A stretch of 64,000 nt of DNA, from contig CATNEN010000011.1 in the NCBI GenBank assembly GCA_950097015.1, positions 1,736,001 to 1,800,000 on the forward strand, in the 5' to 3' direction. The notes beneath the pieces were generated by a model. That model saw nothing but the letters and a program-made list of their open reading frames with translations. It did no database searches and was not told the origin of the DNA. Source of the DNA: Macrostomum hystrix. Lineage: Eukaryota > Animalia > Platyhelminthes. Each line of letters starts with the position of its first letter. Positions within the stretch are counted from its first letter, which is position 1. A program made the translations under genes and the position numbers. Shown here piece after piece: positions 1 to 11,661 of the stretch.

Positions 1-171
1 TTACTGACTTTGCTGACTTTACTGACTTTACTGACTTTTTCGTTGTGATTTCTTTTGGCAAAAGGATCAAAAGGTTTTTTGTATAGCCTTAAAGCGCATT
101 ATTAAAGGAAGTTATATTTTTTAGACACCAGATTATATCAGTGCCATAGAGTGACCTCAGCAGCAACGTGC

Positions 172-1000
172 TCAGCACCTGTAGAGTGCGCGGATCTTGG
201 CCACATCCAGGCTGGTCACAGAGCTGCCACCGACAGTGCCGCCAGACTTGGTGGAGATGGTCCTGCTGCCGTTGCAGGAGAAGGCGGTGCTACCGTAGTG
301 CATGACGGACTGGTAGTCGTAGGCGGGGAAGCCGGAAGGCAGGGTGCCCTGCTTGTAGAAGTTGCCGCACTGCTTGTTGTTGATGTTGGCCCAGCTGATG
401 TTGACGAAGTTATCACGATCGCGACGGCTCTGCTCGTGGTGCATTCCGATAGCGTGGATGAACTCGTGCTGGATGGTGCCGGTGGAGTAGCAGCCGTTGG
501 ACTGCAGCGACAGCTGCTGCCTGCCACCGGTCCTGCCGACGTAAGACCAGCAGCCGGTGCCGCTAAACACCTCGACGTAGTCAGCCTGGTTGGTGCGCCT
601 AACGAACTGGACGCAGTTTCCGATGCGGGACTGCAGAGCGGCGAGGGCGGAGTCCACAGAGCTGGCGGTTCCGGACACAACAGTGTAGGGCACGACCTTG
701 GTGCTCCACAGGTTGCTGACGACGTTCCTCAGGCCAAGCATCTCGAGGAAGTTGTTGCTGGTCAGCCTCATGTCACCTTCGTACAGTCCGGTCTCCGGGT
801 CGGGCTTGGGAAGACCGTTCTCGTCGCTGATCATCTGTACCGTATTAAAGGGTTGGGTAGGTGGATTGTATATCATATCAAGAATTCGATCAGTTTAGTG
901 AAATTTCGCTCATTGAAGAAAAAGTGCTTACCGAAGGCGAGCAACCGCACTGGGCGTAGGCGAACGCCACCAGACAGCTCAGCAGGACGACGCGAAACAT
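172..1000 (-). CDS. Secreted astacin-family zinc metalloprotease (M12A), 2 exons: complement(join(172..834,932..1000))
   Basis: Zinc signature HEFIHAIGMHHEQSRRDRD, Met-turn SVMHY and propeptide LYEGDM. Exon 1, missed by the ORF track, reads MFRVVLLSCLVAFAYAQCGCSPS (signal peptide) followed by a GTAAGC donor. The phase-0 acceptor is TACAG|ATG at 834. Confidence 0.93.
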
Positions 1001-2189
1001 GACTTCGGCTTTGGTATCAATGAGCACTCGCTAAGTATTAGATCGCCTGTTAGACTTGCTACTTGCCTTTTTGCATTCAGCATCCACTCTTTATTTATAG
1101 GATTTTTACCAGCAACTTCGAATCAGATAAGTTCACTGTTGAGGCGATTGGGACGTCCTCGGAATCGTCTCGATGTCACGTTTTTGCAGCAGGTGCGAAG
1201 TATCTCTCTGGAAGTCACTTATCGAATTTCACAGCGATTCCCAAGTCTGGGAGCCAGAGTGGGCGTGTACTTTCTTGTCTGTCTTGGCCAGAAATGCCAC
1301 TGTCGTCGGCCTGTTGTTCAGTCACGCTCGACTCTTGCCTGCTGCAGCCGCGATTTTCTGGTTTCAACCAGTTCGACATGGACACTCCTTTTGATAGTCA
1401 GTGTTGTGGGTGCTTTTAGACTGCGCAGATTTTAATAAACACGCCACCGATATCCCAATCTGCCCCATTGTGAATGGGCGCGTGACTGAGGCCTAGTCTT
1501 TTTGACTTTCTTTGAGGTTCACACTCAGAATTTTTATTATCAGTCGCAAGGGCATGGTGGTTTAAGAGGCCTAGTTAGCTGAATGATTTTTTGCTGGAAA
1601 CTATGACCTTCAAACGCAATCCAATTGGCGCATTTTTATATCTACTAATAAGGCCAATTAAACCTAGAATGTCCATGGCTTTGAATTCGGATAACAATCT
1701 TACTGAGCTGCCCAAAAAAATTCGGGCCATTGAATTTTAGAGCATGCGCCAATAATGTATTGTTCTATCCAATGCATGAGGAGAATGAGGCACTTAACCA
1801 ACGCTCATAACACGAGTGCACGTAGCCGTGGTTTAGTTACAATGCTTTTCTGTCGTGCATCAGTGCTGTCCTTAAGTTTTTTTAATATCTTATCGATCGA
1901 TTTGTCTGTAGTAGTGTTCATTGCCGTTCCAGGGGTTTGGGGGGGAGACCCCACATTGCCAGCAAAAGCTTTTTTTTCTGAAAATATATTAAAAATCATT
2001 ATGTTTATGGTATGAACTAAGGTTTTATGACTAGCGTTTAATTTTTACTAGACTACCATAGACTATGTCCTACAAAACAGTGCTATATAGAATGTGAGGT
2101 AAGGAAATAAGGAAGGTCTTCTCAGTTAACTGACGAGCCTTGAAATGACTTCCGCCCTTGAAATGAAATGATGTTACCTGGCGGAATGA

Positions 2190-2605
2190 TAAGCGGACTT
2201 ACTGGTGCTGAGATCGGGATGATTTCGACTTTGAGAAAGCTACAGAAGCACTTTCTATCGAGGATTTTGATCATTGGGTTGACGAGTTGAATAAAGAATG
2301 TTTCGTTGCCAGTTCCTGTATGACGAGAGGAGTTCATTGGAGCAACTGAATGACTTCATCGACGCGAAAGGGATCCATTCAAGCTGACATCACGACGTGT
2401 GAACACTCTGCGCTGGCGTATGTGCTACGCCTTTTCTATGGAACTTTGAAGAAGGTCAACTGAGGTTGATACTCGCCAGCGAGCTTGCTGTGCATTCGAG
2501 CATGTCTCTATCGCTTTTTTAAGAAATCGGGCATTCAACATCATTACAGAGAAGGAGTTTCTTGGTGACTTCAAGAACCTTGGCAAGAAGTCTGAGATTT
2601 AAAAC
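2190..2605 (+). pseudogene. Degenerate N-terminal fragment of a Crypton/DUF3504-type tyrosine recombinase
   Basis: Manual translation across stops and frameshifts gives ADITTCEHSALAYVLRLFYGTLKKVN*G*YSPASLLCIRACLYRFF..FNIITEKEF..TSRTLARSLRF. This follows the L..FY...K..G..YS..SL..IR..L.R..FNI...EF pattern of the Crypton core-binding region. Confidence 0.6.
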
Positions 2606-2644
2606 TAATCTTGCTGCATGACATCGATGCACGGGCCAGACCAT

Positions 2645-3046
2645 CGCAGCTTCCTCGGCGTTGAAAGTCCAAGCACGCCGTTACTCCAAAGCCTCTCCTC
2701 GACCACAGATGAAATTACGTCGGATCTGTTTAAACCAGCACCATTTCCTTCCTTTGTCGACTCCTTCATTGAAACATCCAGCGCTTGTCGACTCTCGAGG
2801 TATTCTATGTCCCTCCACAGGCTCCAGTCTCGCTTCAGCACATTCTGCATATGAAATTGGACCATTGAAAAAACGTCTTTCAACGTAGAGGCAGAATACC
2901 GCGCTCCCTCCTTCGTGCGAACTTCTAGCACAATTTTTTAGCAGATAGTTTAAGTCGGTCTTCTGCATCTCGTCCAGATCCTTGAGCACCACATGAGCGA
3001 GGGGCCGCTGCCCATTGCCCGTTGGTTCTTCTTTTCTCCATGCCAT
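2645..3046 (-). pseudogene. Frameshifted, 3'-truncated Crypton/DUF3504 recombinase fragment, homologous to 15219-16646
   Basis: ORFs 2681-3046 and 2605-2931 join by a frameshift. LEVRTKEGARYSASTLKDVFSMVQFHMQNVLKRDWSLWRD..LWSNGVLGLSTPRKL aligns with FEVRKQDCGKYNATSLKEIFAMLQHYVTFTLKKDFSFWKD..LWERGDLGTSNPRLL. Homology stops before the catalytic domain. Confidence 0.8.
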
Positions 3047-3438
3047 TCCAGGAACGTTTTAATCATCCACTCGGCCTTTTGCTAAGTATTGTCAGGCACG
3101 TTGGAAGAAATGTACTTCTCCACTGCATCGTCCGTAATCATTTTGTATGATTGTATTTCGAAACTCTGTTGTATTTGACCATAGACTATATTCAGCCACG
3201 CTTAGCGTGGTATGCAGGCCTTGAAGTCAACTTGGGTTTGACCATAGACTAGAGCCTAAATACGATCTTAAATATCGTGTCGCCCGTGCTAAAGTGGAGA
3301 AAAAAGTCACTCGGCTTCGCCTCGGCCATAGAAATGAGTCCTCAGCCATTTATCAAATCCAGATAAATAAATCTTGGGGTGATTGATATCCTATTGACTT
3401 ACTTAAAAATATTTGTCCGTGAGTAAGACACTTCATAC

Positions 3439-3625
3439 GCTCGTAGCGGTTAACGCGTTGACCTTTTGCATACGCTCGTATATGTCAGCCGCAGAGAGAA
3501 GGCTTGGTGGCTTGGGAGTCAGCGGAATGGGCAGAATTGCCTCCTCGCTGGCTGCTAGTCTAGTGTCCCCAAATGATGTGCCATTGCCCGCAGCCCTCCT
3601 GAAATGATTATTATTATTATTCAGA
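3439..3625 (+). mobile_element. SINE family A, internally deleted copy with (TTA)n tail
   Basis: Head remnant GCGGTTAACGCGTT and 3' body GGGCAGAATTGCCTCCTCGCTGGCTGC..GCAGCCCTCCTG match the reverse complement of 8532-8854. Confidence 0.7.
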
Positions 3626-4194
3626 CACTTTATTCCTCATCGCGTCAGTTGAGTGGAGAAGACAGCCCCTCAGTCCATGGACTACAGCTGAACTAATTAT
3701 TTGCAGCACTACACCGGCCTCTTCTTTTTAGAAGACCTTAAAGTGAAAACGAAAAATTCGCAGATGCATCGAGGTACGAGCTATTAGCTCACGCATTCAC
3801 CGGAAGTGACCACTTCCTCGTTCTATCACTCCACTATCTTCCGAGTGGCTACTGAGTAGCTAGACCTTGCATATAACAGGGTCATTTCAGTAGGCAAACC
3901 ACAAATTATAAGAATATGCTTAAATTCGTTCACTTCCTGCTGCTGCTGCTGCTTCTACTCCAGGAATCCTCATTCGCTACCGTGAGAGCTGTGAGCTGAG
4001 CTTCCTGATTAGCTGTGAGCAGCGTAGAATGATGAATTTGAGATGAGACTCAGCTGTGAGATCTTGGCTGTGTTGCAAGCTTCGAAGCAGCTGCGAGAAA
4101 AACAAACATAACAGTTCGAATTCGTAATTAAATTAATCCAGTCAAAATTTTCATTGTTCTAGAATTTGTAAAGTAGAAGATTGAGCAGAAGAAA

Positions 4195-7100
4195 ATGGGT
4201 AAGTTTAAGTTTTCTCATTGCTTTTTTAGATAAAACGACTTATCAAGACTCTGTAGAACTCGATTTATATTACATTGTGTTTATCATTATGTTCGAAATT
4301 TACCCAATCTTTACACAATGTTTTACCTGTTAGACACTGATCAAACTGTTAGACATTCTCTAAAAGATAGACACGGATCAACCTGTTAGAAACTGATCGA
4401 CCTGTTAGACACTGATCTACCCGTTAAAAACTGATCAACCTGTTAGACACTGATCGACCCGTTGGACACTTATCGACCTGTTGGACACTTATCTACCTGT
4501 TAGACATTGATCAACCTGTTAGACACTGATCTACCCGTTAGATACAGTTATAAATGTTAGACACTGATCAACCTGTTAGACACAGTTATATCTGTCAGAC
4601 ACTGTAAATCTGTTAGACACTCTAAATTTGTTAGACACTGTTACATCTGTTAGACACTGTTACATCTGTTAGACACTGTTACATCTGTTAGACACTGTTA
4701 CATCTGTTAGACACTAACCTACCTGTTAGACACTGTTACATCTGTTAGACACTAACCTACCTGTTAGACACTGTTACATCTGTTAGACACTAACCTACCT
4801 GTTAGACACTGTTACATCTGTTAGACACAGCCAAACCCTAAAAACCCTCCTATTGCAGATGAAGTGCCAATAGACTTTGCCAACCAGCAGCAGCTGCTTG
4901 AGTTTGTCCACCGTAAAAGATTCGGACCACTTGAGTACTTACTTCTGACAATCTACAGCGGCGCCATAGTCTGGTCGCTGTTTGTCAATGGTATCTTCCT
5001 GTTGCTAGGATCAATCTATCGTCAGTTGCGTCGGCGAACGCCAGTTTTTATGATGAGTTTGGCGGCTTCGAATCTTCTCGTGACTGCGGTCTGCATGCCT
5101 GGGGCCGTCTACAACCTTGCTTACAACACCTGGCAGCTTGGTCACGGGGGCTGCAAACTTATGCACTTCACTGAAGGTGAATTAATAACGATTTTTATTT
5201 CATCAAGACGACCAGCATATTGTTAACAATCAATGTGGCTTCAACTAAGTCTGTCTAATGTCAGCTGAAGATAAGTTTTACAGTTCAAAACAGCTACAGC
5301 CCAGAAAGCTAATCTACATGTTAGACAGGCTAATCGACATGATAGACAGGCTAATCTACATGTTAGATAGGTTAATCTACATGTTAGATAGGCTAATCTA
5401 CATGTTAGATAGGCTAATGTACATGTTAGATAGGTTAATCTACATGTTAGATAGGGTAATCTACATGTTAGACAGGCTAATCGACATGATAGACAGGCTA
5501 ATCTACATGTTAGATAGGTTAATCTACATGTTAGACAGGCTAATCTACATGTTAGATAGGCTAATGTACATGTTAGATAGGTTAATCTACATGTTAGATA
5601 GGGTAATCTACATGTTAGACAGGCTAATCGACATGATAGACAGGCTAATCTACATGTTAGATAGGTTAATCTACATGTTAGACAGGCTAATCGACATGAT
5701 AGACAGGCTAATCTACATGTTAGACAGGCTAATCGACATGATAGACAGGCTAATCTACATGTTAGATAGGTTAATCTACATGTTAGATAGGCTAATCTAC
5801 ATGTTAGATAGGCTAATGTACATGTTAGATAGGTTAATCTACATGTTAGATAGGGTAATCTACATGTTAGACAGGCTAATCGACATGATAGACAGGCTAA
5901 TCTACATGTTAGATAGGTTAATCTACATGTTAGACAGGCTAATCGACATGATAGACAGGCTAATCTACATGTTAGATAGGTTAATCTACATGTTAGATAG
6001 GGTAATCTACAGGTTAGATAGGTTAATCTACATGTTAGATAGGCTAATCTACATGTTAGATAGGTTAATCTACATGTTAGATAGGTTAATCTACATGTTA
6101 GATAGGTTAATCTACATGATAGACAGGCTAATCTACATGTTAGATAGGTTAATCTACATGTTAGATAGGCTAATCTACATGTTAGATAGGCTAATCCAGA
6201 TGATAGACAGGCTAATCGACATGATAGACAGGCTAATCTACATGTTAGACAGGCTAATCTACATGTTAGATAGGCTAATCTACATGTTAGATAGGTTAAT
6301 CTACATGATAGACAGGCTAATCGACATGTTAGACAGGCTAATCTACATGTTAGATAGGTTAATCTACATGTTAGACAGGCTAATCTACATGTTAGATAGG
6401 CTAATCTACATGTTAGATAGGTTAATCTACATGTTAGACAGGCAAATCTACATGTTAGATAGGCTAATCTACATGTTAGACAGGCTAATCGACATGATAG
6501 ACAGGCTAATCTACATGTTAGATAGGTTAATCTACATGTTAGACAGGCTAATCGACATGATAGACAGGCTAATCTACATGTTAGATAGGTTAATCTACAT
6601 GTTAGATAGGCTAATCTACATGTTAGACAGGCTAATCTACATGCTAGATAGGTTAATCTACATGCTAGATAGGTTAATCTACATGTTAGACAGGCTAATC
6701 GACATGTTAGACAGGCTAATCTACATGTTAGATAGGCTAATCGACATGATAGACAGGCTACCTACATGTTAGATAGGTTAGTCTACATGTTAGATAGGTT
6801 ATTCTACATGCTAGATAGGTTAATCTACATGTTAGACAGGCAAATCTACATGTTAGACAGGCTAATCGACATGTTAGACAGGCTAATCTACATGTTAGAT
6901 AGGCTAATCGACATGTTAGATAGGCTAATCTACATGTTAGATAGGCTAATCGACATGATAGACAGGCTAATCTACATGTTAGATAGGCTAATCTACATGT
7001 TAGACAGGCTAATCGACATGTTAGACAGGCTAATCTACATGTTAGATAGGCTAATCGACATGATAGACAGGCTAATCTACATGTTAGATAGGTTAATCTA

Positions 7101-9906
7101 CATGTTAGACAGGCTAATCGACATGTTAGACAGGCTAATCTACATGTTAGATAGGCTAATCGACATGATAGACAGGCTACCTACATGTTAGATAGGTTAG
7201 TCTACATGTTAGATAGGTTATTCTACATGCTAGATAGGTTAATCTACATGTTAGACAGGCAAATCTACATGTTAGACAGGCTAATCGACATGTTAGACAG
7301 GCTAATCTACATGTTAGATAGGCTAATCGACATGTTAGATAGGCTAATCTACATGTTAGATAGGCTAATCGACATGATAGACAGGCTAATCTACATGTTA
7401 GACAGGCTAATCTACATGTTAGATAGGCTAATCGACATGTTAGACAGGCTAATCTACATGTTAGATAGGCTAATCGACATGATAGACAGGCTAATCTACA
7501 TGTTAGATAGGCTAATCGACATGATAGACAGGCTAATCTACATGTTAGACAGGCTAATCTACATGTTAGACAGGCTAATCTACATGTTAGACAGGCTAAT
7601 CTACATTTGAGACAGTTTTTATTTGTTCTTGTTATCTATTTTTATAATTAAAAGCCAGATTCAATTTATCATTAAAAATACGTCTATAGGCGTTGCTGTG
7701 ATATCTAACGTGTTCTCATTGGTTGCCATGGCAACAATGCGAGCCTGCGGTGGCGCCGCAGTCGGCGGGATCGGGCACAGCCGGTTCCAGCAACGCCACC
7801 AAGCTCTGCTGCTTGGCCTAGTCTGGGGCGGCTCCGCCTTGCTGGCCTCGCCAAACTTGCTGGTCCGCGGTGTGGCGACTCTTCGACTGCCAAACTTTTC
7901 CGACTATCAGCGAGGCAACGACACGTTTCGTCTAGTGCGCCAAGTCAAACCGGTGCCCGGATTGGCGACAGTCGACGCCGCTGATTGCGGCCCGATGTGC
8001 GTCCACCTGTGCGACGAGTCTTGGCGCGACCACACCTGGGCTCGCGGCCTGTACACAGTCCTGCTGATGCTGCTGGTGTTCTGCGCGCCATTCGTCATCA
8101 TCTGCGCCAGCTACTGCTTCATCACCGCCAAGATTGCGGCCCTGGCTAGGCTAGTGCAGGCTGACGAAATCGGTCTACAGGAGGCAACAGCCAGGTGAGC
8201 CAGAGCCAATCTAAAGTGCAAGCTTCTCTACTTTTCCGGCCTGCTTGCGGTTCAAAGACTACTATAGGAGCGGAAGGACGGGAGGCTACATTTCTTAGAA
8301 AATGTTTAGGAGGCTGGTTTTCGCTTAAAAATTGCACATTCGAGGCGAATCAATGCTCGTCAGTTCTTATTGATTTCCTAATTAATCGATTTCATCGATT
8401 CATTATAAGGAATCGATTCATCGATTCGATTTCTGTCAAGCCTTATTTGTGCTCAAGTTAAAATAAAGGAAGAGCTTTGCATCTGCTTTAAATAAAAACA
8501 ATACTCATTTAAATACGAAAAGTCAAGCCCTAATTGCAGGAGGGCTGCAGGCAATGTCACATTATTTTGAGACACTAGACCCGCAGCCAGCAAGGAGGCA
8601 GTTCTGCCCAGTTCGCTGACTTCTGAGCACACACGCACGCAGGTGTGTACATCTGCCCTGACCTTCTCATCGCAAGGCAATGCACACTCCCACTGTGTCT
8701 AGGAGGATAGCCCTTTAAGGGTGCGAATCGCAAGACAATCCCCTTTGGCCTCTCAGCGGCTGCGGCTCAAAAGGAATGTGGCCTCGCCGCGGAATCGAGC
8801 TTAGGGACCTTGGTGCGAGAGGCAAACGCGTTAACCGCTCAGCCACTCAACCCCCTTGTGTAACTCCCCAAGAAACGTTCTCGTATAGTTTCCCGTCCTT
8901 CTACTCCTAGTGTTCTTTACTGCGGTTTGCCTAGTATTAATTCAAAATTACTTCCCGAGAAAGGACCGCTGAACAGCTTCTGGTGTGCGATGAAGCAGAA
9001 ATAGATAGGGTGGACTTTTTGCCAATATTGACAACGAAAGATTATTCACATGATAGGCTCTCGCGGCGAACCCAAACCACCTTCAGACACTCCACAAGCC
9101 TGCATGCATCGGCGGACGGGTTGCGGTTTCGCCATCAGCAGCTCGTTCAGCCGCAGTCGCTGCTCCATCCAGCCCGATGCCTGATGTCTACCAGCAGGCC
9201 GTCCAGCGCGCCAACCTCGCCAATCAAAGCGGCCGAACAGCCGATGATCTCAACAGCGGAGGCAACAGTTCAAACAGGCTCCGGACTCTACCGCAACATC
9301 CATAGTCAGGACCAAAGTGGCGCCGCGACAGCCACCAATCCCTGCGTGTCCTCGCTGACTGACCAGATTCACGCCAGCGAGTCGCACAGCAGCGTTCCGT
9401 CGCAGCACCCGGCTAACTCGGCGGCCCACGCGTCAACCAGGCGAGCCATTCAGACGCTGGTGCTGCTGATTGTCTGCTTCCTGGTCTGCTGGCTGCCGGT
9501 GAACATCGCCGGCGTCTGGATCGACTTCTCTGGCGCCAAGCTGGACACGGGGCTCTACGGCAAAGTCTATCCCGTGGCCATGCTGCTCGGACACCTGAAC
9601 AGCGCCGTGTCTCCCGTCTGCTACTGGTGCCTGAATCACAGCTTCCGTCGACACCTAGCCAGACTGTTGGCCAGCCTCTGTCGCTGTGGGCGCAGAAGGC
9701 GTACACGACGACAGGAGCCGCCGCCAGCCGTGACGCTGCAGCAGGACGAGGTTCCTCCAGTTGAGGCAGGTGACAACGTCGCAATGCGTTCCGCGAAGCC
9801 AGCATCACAGCTGATGCCGAATAAACGGTTGAATATTGACGCCAAGGAAGCGGACAGCAAGGCCTCCAGAGCTATGATGCGCAAGCTGCGACTTGTAGGG
9901 CTTTGA
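4195..9906 (+). CDS. Class A (rhodopsin-like) peptide-type GPCR, 4 coding exons: join(4195..4198,4859..5176,7690..8194,9057..9906)
   Basis: ATG G|GTAAGT micro-exon splices in phase to TTGCAG|AT GAA GTG. TM1-TM2 and the ECL1 WxxGxxxCK motif lie in exon 2, TM3-TM5 in exon 3, and CWLP (TM6) plus NSAVSPVCY (TM7) in exon 4. Splice phases 1,1,2 are consistent. The exon 4 acceptor is the least certain. Confidence 0.85.
4325..4830. repeat. 19-20 bp minisatellite (CTGTTAGACACTGTTACAT and variants) in GPCR intron 1
   Basis: Tandem units with a TGTTAGACAC core are directly visible. Confidence 0.95.
5305..7605. repeat. 21-bp minisatellite (ATGTTAGATAGGCTAATCTAC)n in GPCR intron 2
   Basis: About 110 tandem units. 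They generate the artefactual (MLDRLIY)n ORFs. Confidence 0.98.
8532..8854 (-). mobile_element. tRNA-derived SINE family A, near full-length copy
   Basis: The minus strand begins GGGGTTGAGTGGCTGAGCGGTTAACGCG (A box) ... GCTCGATTCC (B-box-like). The body is shared with at least 5 other loci in the window. Confidence 0.8.
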
Positions 9907-10069
9907 CACTTCTGACTCTTGAATCCTCAATTCAAGAATCCTCAATTGAATTACCGAAACTCAGCACAATGAAATTTAATGAAATTCAGCTTTAAATACT
10001 GATTGAAAATTATTACAAAAATAAATATTACAATATACGCCAGAGTTAAAGTGAAGCGTCAAAAGCATT

Positions 10070-10200
10070 GTTGACAGTGGACCCGCAGCCAGCAAGGAGG
10101 CAATTCTGCCCATCTACTGACTCTTGAGCACTCATTCACACAGGTATGTACATCTGTCCTAATTATGTACATTTGCTTGTCTAAGAGGCAAACGCATAGA
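10070..10200 (-). mobile_element. SINE family A fragment
   Basis: GACCCGCAGCCAGCAAGGGAGGCAATTCTGCCC..GTACATCTG matches 8578-8660. Confidence 0.7.
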
Positions 10201-10369
10201 TCGATCTGCCACTCGGGGGGATAAGCTTTATATTTAAGGATCAAGACGTGCTCAAATGATTTTATAGCAAATATACTAAGTAGCATTTTGACCGACTCGC
10301 TGCCAAAAGCTGGTGCCCAACGTGAAAGACGACCTGTGCGCCCTTGGGGTCCAACTTCCAATGCTCAAT

Positions 10370-10445
10370 GAGAGTGTAACACTGCCTGACGATGAGAAAG
10401 TCAAGGCAGATGTACACACTCTGTGTGCGTGTGTGCTCAGGAATC
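10370..10445 (+). mobile_element. SINE family A fragment (central core)
   Basis: GACGATGAGAAAGTCAAGGCAGATGTACACAC core, also present at 19535 and reverse-complemented at about 8650. Confidence 0.65.
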
Positions 10446-11661
10446 AATGTTCAAATATCTAACCATTGTGATACAGACTGATGCAAATGAGCTATATAAC
10501 CTAAGTTACCCTTGGATATTGTGAATCGATAGCCGATATCTTCGCATTATGTCAAGTTTATCCACTCCCAAGAGAGCAAGGAAATAATTGAATACTTCTG
10601 TGAGTCAACAATCGTTCTATATCGCCTAAACTTAGAGCTAGTCTTGCTCCCTTCAGTTGATCCACTGCATCAGAAATGTCCTAGGCTCATGCATGCGAGC
10701 TTAGAAACTAAATTGCACGTAGTTGCATACCCCCGACTTGACATTTTATATTTATTTATACTATTGGAGACCTCAAGTGTAGGTAATGCAATGCCTCGGA
10801 ATACGCCAGATTGTGTCTTAACGGTTCAAGAAGGGAAGAAGTCCCGAGGTTCCGGGAGGTACTTGATGAAGTAGCGCGCTCTGAGGCACATTAGATATAA
10901 TGAGACAGAGGCTTGAGTAGGAAGATGAGGGTCAGAGAATCGGGGGGCGGGGGACAGTAGAGTCAAGTAGGTAAAAAGGGCCAAAGAAATGTATGGTCCG
11001 TGTGCATGCAGTCAGGTAAAAATTTAATGGCTCATCTGATCTGACCCTCCGCTGGCGTCAGTGTGACCACGCTTGGAGAGGACGTCACTGAGACGGGGGC
11101 GGAATAAACAAGGAGCAGTCACAGAGCAGCATCTCTAGGCCCAGATAGTCGCACAGATTGCCTCTCAGACGGCTGGATGATGGTTGGTCGCCGCGTGGCA
11201 TCGGAGTCCATTCAGTGTGCTTCACTGAGCTGCAGGAAACAGTTCTGGGCGGCCGGGTGAGTCCTGGAAGGCTGGGTAACTGGGCACAATAAAGAGACGG
11301 GGCGACTGTAGGTTCAGGTTTCAGATTTTCAGATTCATTTGACTCAGAAGCCAAGCACAGATTAAATTTATGAAGAGCGTCTTCAATAATAGAAAAAACA
11401 TTCAGAAAGGTACGATTTAATACGTTAAGCACTGCCTGTGTCACAGAAATCAACGAAGGAGTTGTCGCATTGAGTCCAATTGTCACCTATAGCTTCTCAT
11501 AGGCGATATTTTCCAGCTGGCTACAACTAGAAACTAGAGACCAACTGACTGACAGCCACTCGCGCTTCACAAGCTAACGCTAAGGAAACGATCCACACCA
11601 CAGACAAGCGAAGCCAGAAAAGCTTAGACGGTTTTGAGCAAGTTATAAGCCAGCTCAAGCC

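Noticed and set aside
151-1002. 283-aa + strand ORF
   Set aside because: Antisense shadow of the GC3-rich astacin CDS.
1805-1999. 64-aa Lys-rich - strand ORF near the Crypton stubs
   Set aside because: Too short and has no recognisable homology.
5258-7610. 504-aa and 141-aa (MLDRLIY)n heptad ORFs resembling a leucine zipper
   Set aside because: This is translation of a 21-bp intronic minisatellite, where one stop-free frame is expected by chance and variants are not biased to synonymous changes.
11085-11486. 133-aa - strand ORF upstream of the orphan gene
   Set aside because: No recognisable motif, splice support or coding bias.
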